Shown: positions 41,361 through 51,777, counted from the first letter of the stretch. The stretch is DNA of 64,000 nucleotides from Deltaproteobacteria bacterium (GCA_040218735.1 JAVJQW010000019.1:160001-224000), one strand, 5' to 3'. A program made the numbers and translations. The notes: generated by a model not told the origin, from the letters alone.

Positions 41361-42797
41361 CTACTCCCCATCGAGCGGGAACCCCGCTGCCGCCCAACCC
41401 TCGATGGCCGCGATCTCCGCCGCGTTCAGCGGACGGTTCGGCATCAAGGGCATGCGGCCCTCTCGGACGTTGAACAGAATCAAATCGATCTCGGCCTGCC
41501 ACAGCTCGAACGTGTCGAGCGGACGCGCGCTCGCGCGCTCCCCGTGGCAGACCTCGCAGTGGGCCGTCATCAGCGGCGCCACGTCGTCGGTCCAGTTCGG
41601 CACCGGACCCGCAAAGTACGAAAAACGAAGGCTGCTCTCGGCGGTCCGACCGTCGTCGTACGTCGCCACCGCCTTCAAGGTATGGGTGCCGTCGGTGAGC
41701 GTCGTCGGATCGACGGTCACCGACCACGGGCCGGTGCCGGCTTCGATCGCCGCGTCGTCGAGCGTCGCGGTCAGGCTCGTGATGCGCTCGGGCAACAGCG
41801 GCCGCAGCGTGATCGTCGTGGTGGTCAGCAGGAGCGCGCCCTCGTTGACGCCGTCGAAGTCAACGCGTAGCTCGGGGAACACACGCACCAGACGATCGGC
41901 GCCGGCGAGGACGCTGCCGTCGTTCGCCGCCTCGAGCAGCGGACGCACCGCCCCCTGAACCTCCTGGAACGCGCCGTCGAAGTGTCGCCAGACCTCGCTC
42001 ACCGTCTCGATCCACACGGCACCGTCGCGCGCCGCGACCACGCGAACGGCGCCACGAATGGCGTCGCGCTCGCGGAAGGTCCCGTCGAGCCGGCGGCTCC
42101 GGAGGATGCCTCCCCGTTCTACGATCCATAAGGTTCCGTCGGTTGCGGTGGCAAGTGACCGGATGTCGGCCCCGAAGGTCTGGGGGTAGGCCTTGGCACC
42201 GTCCAGGGTGAGCCCATACACCCGGCCCGCCGACAGCACCCACATCGCCGGCACCCCGCCGACCCGCGCCCCGAACGACAGCTCGGCGTCCGCGGTGGGG
42301 AGCCCATCCGGCGCGACCGACGCGCTGGTCCCCGACGACCAGACGCTCAGGCCGCGCTGACTCGCGATCCAGACCCGCCCGTCGGCGATCGCGAGATCGG
42401 TCGCGACGACACCGCCGATGACGTCGACGATCGGCGACGGCTGCATCGCGTCGCCGACCACCGCGAAGAGGCCAAACGACCCACCCACGAGCGGCGTGCC
42501 GTCGACCATCGCCACCGCGCGCACCGCGCCGGCGTCCGCGCCGAGCTCGACCACCGTCGCGGTGTCGACGCGGAGCAGGCCGTCCGGTCCGTCGGCGAGG
42601 ATCGTTCCGTCGTCGAGGCCCGCGGCGAACGTGATCGGTCGCTCCGCGAGCGGATCGACGACGCCTTCGAGCGGTTGGCGGATGATGTCGAATTCGGGCG
42701 GCGGCGCGACGCCACCATCACGCGTGGGTTCGACGGGAGTCGTCGCGTCGCACGCGAGCGCGGCGAGCAGGAGCGTCGCGTGTACCGTGCTTCGCAT
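41361..42797 (-). CDS. Lipoprotein: beta-propeller, Ig-like domain and C-terminal cytochrome c
   Basis: LAALAC lipobox; DG..W repeats; LTDGTHTL.A.A Ig motif; W..DV.P....CEVCH...MP...L....W. Confidence 0.8.
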   Translation of the reverse strand: MRSTVHATLLLAALACDATTPVEPTRDGGVAPPPEFDIIRQPLEGVVDPLAERPITFAAGLDDGTILADGPDGLLRVDTATVVELGADAGAVRAVAMVDGTPLVGGSFGLFAVVGDAMQPSPIVDVIGGVVATDLAIADGRVWIASQRGLSVWSSGTSASVAPDGLPTADAELSFGARVGGVPAMWVLSAGRVYGLTLDGAKAYPQTFGADIRSLATATDGTLWIVERGGILRSRRLDGTFRERDAIRGAVRVVAARDGAVWIETVSEVWRHFDGAFQEVQGAVRPLLEAANDGSVLAGADRLVRVFPELRVDFDGVNEGALLLTTTTITLRPLLPERITSLTATLDDAAIEAGTGPWSVTVDPTTLTDGTHTLKAVATYDDGRTAESSLRFSYFAGPVPNWTDDVAPLMTAHCEVCHGERASARPLDTFELWQAEIDLILFNVREGRMPLMPNRPLNAAEIAAIEGWAAAGFPLDGE

Positions 42798-42855
42798 TGG
42801 CGTAGAGTTCGCGCGCATGCAGGACCGATTTCCTCGTCTCACCTATATAACGCTC

Positions 42856-45800
42856 ATGGGGTATCGGGTCCTGTTCATCGCCTCGGTCGGCGCCAACATC
42901 ATCGCATGTTCTGGCGGCACCATCGAACCGCCTGCGACACGCGACGGAGGTTTCACACGCGACGCCGGCTTCGAACGTCGCGACGGCGGACCGCGCGACG
43001 CCGGGTCTCAGATTCCTGACGGTGGCGCGATGCTCGAACCCTGCGCGCCGGCGTTGTCCGTCACGCCGACGACCGCCGCCGTGCTCCCGTTCGGTCTTTA
43101 CACCGTGCGTCCGCAGGGCGGCACCGGCGCGTACCGCTTCGCGCTCGAAGCGAACGAGTCCGACGCGATCATCAACGCGCTCTCCGGCGCCTACCTCGCG
43201 GGCGGCGCGGGGGGCTCGGTCGATCGTGTCCTCGTCACCGACGACGGCTGCATCGGAGAGACCCGCGTCGACGTCCGCGTCGTCGAGCCGCTCCAGATCC
43301 GCCCCTTCGACATCACCGCTCCCCCCGCCACGTCGTGGCGCTTCGTCGGCGTGGGCGGCACCGGCGACTTCACGTTCGCGCTCCTCGTCGACGGCACCGG
43401 CGCGACGCTCACCGCGGACGGCAACTACACCGCGGGCATGGCGGAGGGCACCGACCGCATCCAGCTCGTCGACAACCAGACCGGCCAGACCTCCGAAGCC
43501 ACCGTCGTCATCGCGAACGACGCGACGATGGCACCCGCACCGCCGTTTGTCTTCGTCGCGGCGGGGCAGACGTTCGATCTCGACATCGTCGGCGGCAGCG
43601 GATTCGTCGAGGTCGTCGAGTCCGTCACGACGTTTGCGCTCGAAGACGGCCGCATCGTCCGCGGGCTCGCGCCGGGGCGCTCGCAAGTCACCTTGCGCGA
43701 CGTCTACACCGGACAGACCGCCCCCTTCCGCGTGCAGACCGCGGCGTCTCAGAGCTACACGCCGGTGCGCTTCGGTCCGCAGCTGTCGAGCTCACGCACA
43801 CTCGCCGCCGGGGACCTGGACGGGGACGGCTTCGACGACGTCATCGCGTCCACGCCCGAGGGATCCGCGAACGGCTACCTGACGGGCGCGGTGTTGGTGT
43901 ATCGCGGCAGCGCGGCGGGGATCGATCCCACGCCCGCGCAGGTGCTCACCGGAGAGACGCGCCGCGATCTATTCGGCAACGACGTCGCGATCGGCGACTT
44001 CGACGAGGACGGCGAGACGGACCTCGTCGTCGGCGTGCCGCGCCTCGACATCGGCGGCACCGACGTCGGCGCGGCGATCATCTACAAGGGCATCGCGGGC
44101 GGCTTCTTCGAGACGACGCCGTGGCGAACGCTCTCCGGCCGCTTCTCCGGTGACGACTACGGCTGGTCGGTCGAGGTCTGCGACTTCGACGACGACGGAA
44201 AGGACGACATCGCGATCGGCGGCTACCGCACCGAGGATCGTGTGCGGCCGACGCGCGCCAACGACCAGGGCGGCGCGTTCGTCTACTTCAACGGCGACAC
44301 CGGCTTCGCGGATCTCGCGGATCAGATCCGCTGGGGCGACGTGCCCGACGGCTCGGGCGGATGGACGGGCGTCGCGGGGATGCGCTTCGCGACGGAGCTC
44401 GCGTCCGGCGACATCAACGGCGACGGCGTGTGTGACCTCGTCGTCGGCGCGCACGAGTGGGACCAGACCACGAACACCAACGACGGCCTCGTCATGGTCT
44501 TCGCGGGCAGCGCGATGGGCGTGTCGGAGCGCCCGGTCCTCGCGTGGGCGAACGACAACACCGGCGACCGCGGCGGGCAGTTCGGTCGGCGCATCGCGAT
44601 CGGCGACATCGACATCGACGGCAAGGACGACCTCGCGATCTCGAACTTCGCGTACGACAACGGCAACAGCGATCAACACGGCGCCATCCGTGTCTTCCGC
44701 GGCCGCGACTTCGCCGGCCCGATCGACACCCTCACGAGTTACACCCCCGCCGACTTCGAGTACCTCAACCCGCAGAGCTTCGACTGGTTCGGCTTCGCGC
44801 CCGCGATCGGCGACGTCACCGGCGACGGCGTCGCGGACCTCGTGACCGGCAACCCGATCGACGAAGCGGAGGGCGGCCCCGGCGCGTCCGGGACGATCGC
44901 GATCTTCGTCGGTCGCGAAGCCGGCCTCCCGGACCCCGCGGTGGAGCCGATCCGCATCGGCACCGAGACCTCGCAGGATCGGATCGGGCTCGGCGTCGCG
45001 ATCGTTCGCGACGTGGACGGCGACCGCCGAAACGACATCGTCACGTTCAGCGCGTACGGCGGAACGGAAGGCGTCGAGGTCGGCGCGCCGTGGGTCGTCA
45101 CTACCGGCGACACGCCGACCGCGACGCCGCTCGATCACCCCGGCGAAGCGTCGGGTGGTTACTTCGGATCCGACGCGGCGATCGTCGGCGACGTCAACGG
45201 CGACGGCTTCGAGGACCTCGTGGTCGGCGCCGAGCAGCACCCGGGGATGGGGCGCGTCGCCGGCGGGGCCTTCCTCTACACCGGCTCCGCCGCCGGCTTC
45301 GCGAACAGCCCGGCGCTCGAGCTGACCGGCTTCACGACGCACAGCGCGGGCGACTACTTCGGTCGCGCCGTCGCACCCGCGGGCGACTTCGACGACGACG
45401 GCGTACAGGACTTCGCGGTCATCGCGCGCTTCGAAGATCGGCCCGCGTCGTTCAACACGAACAACTACGTCGCCGAAGCGAGCTGCGCCGGCTCCCAGAA
45501 CAACCCCGGCGCGGTGTACGTGTTCCGCGGCTCGGCGAACGGCCTCCCCTCCTCGGAGCCCGCGTTCATCTACTACGGCCCGGTCGCCGGCGACGGCCTC
45601 AACGCGCTCGACGGCGGGTTCGACTTCAACGGCGACGGCTTCGACGACCTCGTGGTCGGCAACTACGACGACGACGAAAACGGCGGCAACGCGGGCATGG
45701 TCGCCGTCGTCGCCGGACGCGCGCGCGACACGATGGGGCGCATCACCGTGATCTGCGATCCGTACGTGCGATCGCTCGGACGCCTGAGCAACGATCAGCT

Positions 45801-46542
45801 CGGCCTGTCCGTCGCCGCGATCGGCGACGTGAACCAGGACGGCTGCGACGACCTCGCCGCGGGCGCGCCGTTCGCGGATCCGATGGCGAACAACGAGGGC
45901 GTCGTGCGCGTGCTCTTCGGGTTCGGCGGCGTGGGCTGCCTCGCGTCGCCGATGATGACTTCGATGCGCTCGACGATCGCCAACGCGCAGAGCGGCTACG
46001 CGCTGGGCGGTGGTAACGTCGACGTCGACGGCGACGGCCGCCCGGAGCTCGCGATCGGCCTGCCGTTCCTCGCCGCCGGCGGCAACTCGGTCGGCGGGAC
46101 GATCGTCGCGTACGGCGCGTACATCGACAGCCTCCCGAAGATCGCCAACACCAACGCCCCCACCGCGTGGGCACCGTTCCTCGACGCCGGGCTCCCGCCC
46201 CTGGTCGCCGTGGGTCGCGATGCAGGTGAAGAGGCCGGGCGCAGCGTCGCGCTGATCGGCGGCGGCACGTTCCCCGCGGCGGTCGTCGTGGGCTCCCCGC
46301 GCGGCGACGTCGGCGGCGTGACCCAGTCCGGCGGCGCGCGTGTGTTCCTCTACACGGGCGCCGGCCTCAGCGCCGAGCCCGTCGCGAGCTTCGGCGGCGA
46401 GACGACGCGCACGCAGGGGCTGATCGGCTGGCGCACCCGCGCCGGGTGGTTGAACGGCGCCCCAGCGTTCGTCGTCGGTGGCTACGACGGGTCGGGCGTC
46501 GCGCGCGACAGCGGCTCGGCGTACGCGTTCGACTTCCAGTAG
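42856..46542 (+). CDS. FG-GAP (integrin-alpha-like) repeat lipoprotein
   Basis: NIIAC lipobox; more than ten GD.(N/D)GDG..DL.VG repeats after Ig-like GGTG.Y.F modules. Confidence 0.9.
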   Translation: MGYRVLFIASVGANIIACSGGTIEPPATRDGGFTRDAGFERRDGGPRDAGSQIPDGGAMLEPCAPALSVTPTTAAVLPFGLYTVRPQGGTGAYRFALEANESDAIINALSGAYLAGGAGGSVDRVLVTDDGCIGETRVDVRVVEPLQIRPFDITAPPATSWRFVGVGGTGDFTFALLVDGTGATLTADGNYTAGMAEGTDRIQLVDNQTGQTSEATVVIANDATMAPAPPFVFVAAGQTFDLDIVGGSGFVEVVESVTTFALEDGRIVRGLAPGRSQVTLRDVYTGQTAPFRVQTAASQSYTPVRFGPQLSSSRTLAAGDLDGDGFDDVIASTPEGSANGYLTGAVLVYRGSAAGIDPTPAQVLTGETRRDLFGNDVAIGDFDEDGETDLVVGVPRLDIGGTDVGAAIIYKGIAGGFFETTPWRTLSGRFSGDDYGWSVEVCDFDDDGKDDIAIGGYRTEDRVRPTRANDQGGAFVYFNGDTGFADLADQIRWGDVPDGSGGWTGVAGMRFATELASGDINGDGVCDLVVGAHEWDQTTNTNDGLVMVFAGSAMGVSERPVLAWANDNTGDRGGQFGRRIAIGDIDIDGKDDLAISNFAYDNGNSDQHGAIRVFRGRDFAGPIDTLTSYTPADFEYLNPQSFDWFGFAPAIGDVTGDGVADLVTGNPIDEAEGGPGASGTIAIFVGREAGLPDPAVEPIRIGTETSQDRIGLGVAIVRDVDGDRRNDIVTFSAYGGTEGVEVGAPWVVTTGDTPTATPLDHPGEASGGYFGSDAAIVGDVNGDGFEDLVVGAEQHPGMGRVAGGAFLYTGSAAGFANSPALELTGFTTHSAGDYFGRAVAPAGDFDDDGVQDFAVIARFEDRPASFNTNNYVAEASCAGSQNNPGAVYVFRGSANGLPSSEPAFIYYGPVAGDGLNALDGGFDFNGDGFDDLVVGNYDDDENGGNAGMVAVVAGRARDTMGRITVICDPYVRSLGRLSNDQLGLSVAAIGDVNQDGCDDLAAGAPFADPMANNEGVVRVLFGFGGVGCLASPMMTSMRSTIANAQSGYALGGGNVDVDGDGRPELAIGLPFLAAGGNSVGGTIVAYGAYIDSLPKIANTNAPTAWAPFLDAGLPPLVAVGRDAGEEAGRSVALIGGGTFPAAVVVGSPRGDVGGVTQSGGARVFLYTGAGLSAEPVASFGGETTRTQGLIGWRTRAGWLNGAPAFVVGGYDGSGVARDSGSAYAFDFQ

Positions 46543-46555
46543 GAGAGACGGCGCC

Positions 46556-47206
46556 TCACCACCAGCGCGTCACCCGCGGCCTCCCGCTCGGACCGGGCAA
46601 CCACAACAACACCGCCGCCATCGCGCCGGCGAGCACGCGCGACGCACGCGGCGCGGACGCCGCGAGGTGCAGCTCACCTCGCAGGTCGAGGGCCGCGATC
46701 CACTGCCCTTCTCGATAGAGGTCGTAGCCGACGACCGTGGGCGCGCTCGTGGCCACCGGCCGGGCCGTCCACTTCGTGGCCGCGCCGGCGACGCCGACGA
46801 TGAGCACGGCGTCTTCGTCGGCGTCCGCGTCCTCGTTCAGGATCATCGCGGCGTTCGTGGTGCCGAGGCGCGCGGCGCCCGGGGCGTCGCTCGCGATTGG
46901 GCCGGTCACGCGTATCGAGCACTTCGCGTCGCGGCCCAGCTCGTGGATGTGGCCGAAGCAGCTTACGTCGGCGACCGGGCCGGGTTCGTGGCGAACCTCG
47001 AGCGTCAGGCCGGTCTCCCCGTAAGTCCAGCGTACCGGGTCGACGCGCGCGAACGTCAGGACGTCCGTGGCGAATTCCATCGGGTCCTCGGTCGAGCGAG
47101 CTTCGATCACCTCGTGGAGCACCTCCGCATCCGCGGGCGCGGCGGTTTGCATCGGCGTCGCGCAGCCGACGGCCGCGCAAGCCAGCATGCAAAGACGAAC
47201 GTTCAC
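46556..47206 (-). CDS. Hypothetical lipoprotein
   Basis: AAVGC lipobox; GTGA overlap with the upstream MutS-like gene. Confidence 0.65.
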   Translation of the reverse strand: MNVRLCMLACAAVGCATPMQTAAPADAEVLHEVIEARSTEDPMEFATDVLTFARVDPVRWTYGETGLTLEVRHEPGPVADVSCFGHIHELGRDAKCSIRVTGPIASDAPGAARLGTTNAAMILNEDADADEDAVLIVGVAGAATKWTARPVATSAPTVVGYDLYREGQWIAALDLRGELHLAASAPRASRVLAGAMAAVLLWLPGPSGRPRVTRWW

Positions 47207-48918
47207 GAGGTCTTCCGCTTCACGAGCGTGAGCAGCTCCTCGCGCGTGACGCCGAGGCGCGCCGCGGCCTGCGCGGCGAGCGACGTCGAAGCGACACCTT
47301 CGACGAAGCCGAACGTCGGGTGCTCGTGTTCGTCGAGCTCCACCTGGAGGAACGACAGCCCCAGCTCGTCCGCGCGCTCTTGGAGGCGATGCGCGAAGCC
47401 GAGGAAGTGCGTGGTGACGAACGTCTCCGGCTCGAGCTCGTTGAGGAGCGAGATGACGAGCATGAAGATCTCTTCGCCCTCCGACGGGTTCGTGCCCGAG
47501 CAGAGCTCGTCGAGGATCACCAACGCGCCGGGGCGCGCGCGCTCGAAGAGTCGGCGAATGCGTAGCAGCTCCGTGCCGAGGCGTCCCTCCGCCTGGTCGA
47601 ACGCCTCCTCCTGCACGAGCGAGCAGAAGATGCCGGGGACGCGCCGCAAGGTAGCTTGCCGCGCGGGCACGAAGAAGCCGACCTGCGCGAGGAGCTGCGT
47701 CAGCCCGAGCGCCTGGAGCAGGCGTGTCTTCCCGCCGCTGTTCGGGCCGGTCACGAGGGTGATGGCGCCGGGGCCTCGGGTGTCGAGGTCACACGGCACG
47801 GGCGTGACGTTCTGAGCGAAGAGGAGCGGGTTGAAGAGCCCTTCGATCCTGCGCGGCCCGTCCGACGAAAGGTCCGGCATCGACACTTCGAGCCCGGCCT
47901 TGGCGCAGCGATCGCGAAACGCCAACGCGGCGAGGTAGAACTCGACCTGCCCGACCAGCTGCAACAACCCCGGGAGGAGCGGCTCGACCTCGACGTAGAC
48001 GGCGTCGATCCACCGGTTCACCAGCTCGTTTTCGTTGAAGCGGTACCCGCGCAGCCACAGCAGGATGCGGCTCCACAGGCGCTGCGTCGGCGACTCGTAG
48101 AAGCGGTTGTCGCTGTTCTCCGCGATGCGCCCGACACCGAACTTGCGTACGCGGCCGTCGGCGCCGAGCTGCAGGCTGAGGTCGACGGTCGCGAGGTTGC
48201 GTTCGTGATCGAGGAGGTCACACAGTTTCCCGAACCCCTCCGACGCCGCGATCTGCGCACCGGTCTCCCGCACCGTCTTCAACGGCGAGTCGGGGTCGTC
48301 GAAGCCCGACGCCATGTGCTCGACGATCGCGCGGATCGCGGCGAGGGTTTCGAGGCGGCGGTGGAAGAGCTCGTCGCGGCCCTCTTGCTGCGTGACGAGG
48401 AAGAGCTTCCGGAGCTTCTCGAGGCGGCGGTACAGCTCGACGAGCTCGGTGCGGAGACCTTCGTCCTCCGCCAACCGCGCGAGGATCGCGCGGCGGTGAT
48501 CGAGGATCGCGGGGTCGGCCGGCGGGTTGGTCAGCAGCGCGAGGAGGGTCTTCTGATCGATCGACCTCGGCTTGCCGTCGATCTCCGGGATGCACACGAC
48601 CTGGATGAGGTGGTCGACGTAGAGGTGCTTCGCAAACGACGCCGACTCCCAGTCGGAGCGCTCCAGGCACACCTCGGAGAGGTAGTGTTTGATCGTGTCC
48701 GCGGCGTCGCCGCCCGCGAACGCAAAGCCGAGCTGCGGGACGAGGAGGTCGTCGTCGATCGTCATCCGCGGCTCGGGGTGGAGCAGGTCGACGCACGGCC
48801 CCTTCGGCGGTTGGGGCGCGGTGCGTTTGGATTGGCGCGGGAGGACGACCTCGTCGCTGGGGAGGCTGTCCCGGGCGAGGACCCGGCGGGCCATTCGAGA
48901 TCGGCGGGAGCTCAGCAC
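47203..48918 (-). CDS. MutS-related ATPase (domain V plus helical region only)
   Basis: TGPNSGGKT Walker A, LAQVG.FVPA, GRLGTEL, ILDELCSGTNP.EG, TTH; no mismatch-binding or Smr domain. Start uncertain. Confidence 0.85.
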   Translation of the reverse strand: MLSSRRSRMARRVLARDSLPSDEVVLPRQSKRTAPQPPKGPCVDLLHPEPRMTIDDDLLVPQLGFAFAGGDAADTIKHYLSEVCLERSDWESASFAKHLYVDHLIQVVCIPEIDGKPRSIDQKTLLALLTNPPADPAILDHRRAILARLAEDEGLRTELVELYRRLEKLRKLFLVTQQEGRDELFHRRLETLAAIRAIVEHMASGFDDPDSPLKTVRETGAQIAASEGFGKLCDLLDHERNLATVDLSLQLGADGRVRKFGVGRIAENSDNRFYESPTQRLWSRILLWLRGYRFNENELVNRWIDAVYVEVEPLLPGLLQLVGQVEFYLAALAFRDRCAKAGLEVSMPDLSSDGPRRIEGLFNPLLFAQNVTPVPCDLDTRGPGAITLVTGPNSGGKTRLLQALGLTQLLAQVGFFVPARQATLRRVPGIFCSLVQEEAFDQAEGRLGTELLRIRRLFERARPGALVILDELCSGTNPSEGEEIFMLVISLLNELEPETFVTTHFLGFAHRLQERADELGLSFLQVELDEHEHPTFGFVEGVASTSLAAQAAARLGVTREELLTLVKRKTS

Positions 48919-48920
48919 GA

Positions 48921-50063
48921 TCAGGCCTCGTAGTACCGCGGAACGCGGGTGTTGATCGACGTCAGAACTTCGTAGGGGATCGTATCGAGCCAGTCGGCGA
49001 GCTGCTCCACGGCGATGGCTTCGTCGCCCTGCTTGCCGAGGAGCACGACCTCGTCGCCGTTGTAGGCGGTCCCGTCGGCGCCGATGTCGACCATCATCGC
49101 GTCCATCGTGATGCGTCCGACGATGGGGTAGCGGGCGCCGTGGATCAGCACCTCCGCATGAGCGGAGAGGCGCCGGGCGTAGCCGTCGCCGTAGCCCACG
49201 GGCAGCGTGACGACGCGGGTGTCCCGGGTGGGGGCCCAGGTCGAGTCGTAGCTCACGGGGTGCCCGGCGCGAACGACCTTGAAGTAGACGACGCGGGTGC
49301 GCAGCGACAGCGTCGGCTCGATCGCGATCGAGCGCGCGACGTGCGGTGAAGGGTAGACGCCGTACAGGATCAGCCCGGGGCGCACCATGTCGAAGTAGGT
49401 GTCGGGGTGCCCGAGGATCGCGCCCGAGTTCGCGATGTGTCGCGGCGGCGTCGGCTCCGAGCGCCGCGCGAAGAAGGCGGTGGCCTCTTCGAAGCGTTCG
49501 AGCTGCAGGCGCGTGTAGCTCGGATCCGCGGCGTCGGACGAGGCGAAGTGCGAGAAGACGCCCTCGATCGCGCAGTGCTTCGAACGCAGCGCGGCCTCGA
49601 AGAGTTTGTCGCAGCTGTCCCAGTGGATGCCGATGCGCTCCATGCCCGTGTCGACTTTGAGGTGCACGCGCGCGGTTTTGTTCCGCTCCTTCGCGACCTC
49701 TTCGATCTGCTCGAGCTTGAACGGGGAGGCCGCAGTGATCGCGAGGTCGTAGTCGATGAAGTGGACGATCTGGTTTCCGATCAGGCCGCCGAGCACGAGG
49801 ATCGGTGCGTCGATCCCGGCGCGGCGCAGGCGGATCCCCTCTTCGAGGAACGCGACCCCGAGCTGATCCACGCCCGCGTCGAGGAGCGCCTTCGAGGTCC
49901 GCTCCAGGCCGTGCCCGTAGGCGTTGGCCTTCACGATGCCCATGATCTTCGCCGCGCCGACCTTCGCGCGAATCGCCCGCACGTTCCGCGCGAGCGCGCC
50001 AAGGTCGACCACCGCGGTCGTGGGGCGGAGCGCCACCCCCTCGTCGTCCACGGGCTCGATCAT
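48921..50063 (-). CDS. alr: Alanine racemase
   Basis: VKANAYGHG, HLKVDTGMERIG, SHFA, HIANSG, VRPG, GYGDG, TIPYE. Confidence 0.96.
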   Translation of the reverse strand: MIEPVDDEGVALRPTTAVVDLGALARNVRAIRAKVGAAKIMGIVKANAYGHGLERTSKALLDAGVDQLGVAFLEEGIRLRRAGIDAPILVLGGLIGNQIVHFIDYDLAITAASPFKLEQIEEVAKERNKTARVHLKVDTGMERIGIHWDSCDKLFEAALRSKHCAIEGVFSHFASSDAADPSYTRLQLERFEEATAFFARRSEPTPPRHIANSGAILGHPDTYFDMVRPGLILYGVYPSPHVARSIAIEPTLSLRTRVVYFKVVRAGHPVSYDSTWAPTRDTRVVTLPVGYGDGYARRLSAHAEVLIHGARYPIVGRITMDAMMVDIGADGTAYNGDEVVLLGKQGDEAIAVEQLADWLDTIPYEVLTSINTRVPRYYEA

Positions 50064-50150
50064 GCGAGCGAAACGTTAGCCCGCGCCGCGCGACTTCCCC
50101 AGAAAAACACGATTGCCAGGCGGGATGGGATCCGACAGCGTCGCCGCGGG

Positions 50151-50348
50151 ATGGAAGACCGCATCACCGACCTCGAGCTTCGGTACACGCACCAGCAGGA
50201 CCTCATCGAGAAGCTCGACGCGGAGCTCCTCGGGGCGAACCGCACCATCGACGTGCTGCAGAAACGCGTGGAGCGACTGGAGCACACCCTCGAACAGGTG
50301 CTCGCGATCGTGGACGTCCCCACGAACGAGAAGCCGCCGCACTACTGA
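50151..50348 (+). CDS. slyX: SlyX family protein
   Basis: MEDRITDLELR..HQ..LIE.L...EKPPHY. Confidence 0.9.
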   Translation: MEDRITDLELRYTHQQDLIEKLDAELLGANRTIDVLQKRVERLEHTLEQVLAIVDVPTNEKPPHY

Positions 50349-50352
50349 CCCG

Positions 50353-51777
50353 TCACGGGAGGGCGGCGAGCGGAGCGAGCTTCGCGGCGACGGCGGCACG
50401 CGCCTCGAGCTCGGCCGTGACCTTGTCGTCCAGCGTCTTCAGCACCGCGTCGAGGATCTCCGGCAGCGTGACGCCGCCGCGCTCGATCGACGCCCGCGCG
50501 CGCAAGTACCCGAGGCCCCCGTGATCCGTGGGCGCCAGCTGCCCAACGCAAACCGCCAAGGTGCGGAGCGCATCGATGCTCATCGCGTCGAACGCGACGA
50601 ACCCGCGCCGCCCCTCGATACCCTCCAGCCGCAACGTCGCCTCGGCGCCGTCGGTGCGGAGCCGATACCCCTCGACGGGGCGCGCTGCATCGTCGGGGAA
50701 CGCGGCGACGCTGCGCACCGGGTCGCACGCAGGGAGGCCGGGGTACACACCCTCGTCGAGCGGATAGGGCGCGGGGTTCATCAGGGCCAACAGATCATGT
50801 TCGACGCGGTCGCGGACTTGGGGCGGCCAGTCGTCGTGCTTCGCGGCGGCGAGGAGGTCGGCGGCGGACAAAACCTCGTCGTAGGCGTCGATGGCGCGCG
50901 CCACGATCAGGAGCGCGGTCGCGATCCGACCGAGGCCGGCCGCCCGGTGGACGGGGCCGTCGACGACGTCCTCGGGTTCGAGCGCGGCGAGCACGTCGAC
51001 GAGCGTGGCGTCGTGCTCGGCGACGTGGGCCGCGAACAACGCGAGCGCGTCGCGGGTGTGGTCGGGGCGCCTCTTCTTCTTCGCGGGCTTCGCGGCTTCG
51101 AGCTGGGCGACGCGGTCGAGCGCCGCGCCGACGGCGTCGATGTCCGCCGCCGCCATCTCGCCGATGGGGCGAGGAAGATCGAGCTGGCCGGGGTCGTCGA
51201 GGACGATGCGTCCGTCCTCGACGAGGGCTTGTTTGCGATCGAGCTCGGCGTCGACGACGGCGCGCGCGTCGATGAGCATCCGCTTCGTCGGCGCCGCACC
51301 GAGCGCTTCGCTCGCCGCCTGTAGTGCTTCGGGGCTCCAGCTCCGCGGTGTAGCCGTGTCTACGTCGTCGTCTTCGTCGCGGAAGAGCCGGACATGCGGG
51401 TGCGCGCAGAGCGTGACCCCGCGTTTGTCGTGATCGACCACGCCGACGTGCTTCGCGAAGGGGTCGTGGCCGAAGGCTTCCTCGCGCAGCGCGGCGCGCG
51501 GATCGTGGATCTCGGAGAGGAGGGCGTCGATGAAGTCGCCGAGGTTGTCGACCACGTGCGCGCGCGCGGCGAGCTGGGGACGGTGATCGACGAGCAAGAG
51601 CGTCGCGAGCATGGCGCGGTCGGGATCGTCGTAGGCGGCGGCGTTGATCGAGCGGATCGAGACGCTGGGATCACGGACGACCGCCGACAGGTACGCGAGA
51701 TCTTCCGCGGTGAACGTCGACGCGTCCGCGTGGTCGCGCAGCGATCGGCGCAGGCCGCGGTCGAAGTCGATCGGCAC
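50353..51777 (-). CDS. Hypothetical helical protein, paralog B
   Basis: End-to-end similarity to 52174-53697; codon bias supports coding. Confidence 0.8.
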   Translation of the reverse strand: MPIDFDRGLRRSLRDHADASTFTAEDLAYLSAVVRDPSVSIRSINAAAYDDPDRAMLATLLLVDHRPQLAARAHVVDNLGDFIDALLSEIHDPRAALREEAFGHDPFAKHVGVVDHDKRGVTLCAHPHVRLFRDEDDDVDTATPRSWSPEALQAASEALGAAPTKRMLIDARAVVDAELDRKQALVEDGRIVLDDPGQLDLPRPIGEMAAADIDAVGAALDRVAQLEAAKPAKKKRRPDHTRDALALFAAHVAEHDATLVDVLAALEPEDVVDGPVHRAAGLGRIATALLIVARAIDAYDEVLSAADLLAAAKHDDWPPQVRDRVEHDLLALMNPAPYPLDEGVYPGLPACDPVRSVAAFPDDAARPVEGYRLRTDGAEATLRLEGIEGRRGFVAFDAMSIDALRTLAVCVGQLAPTDHGGLGYLRARASIERGGVTLPEILDAVLKTLDDKVTAELEARAAVAAKLAPLAALP

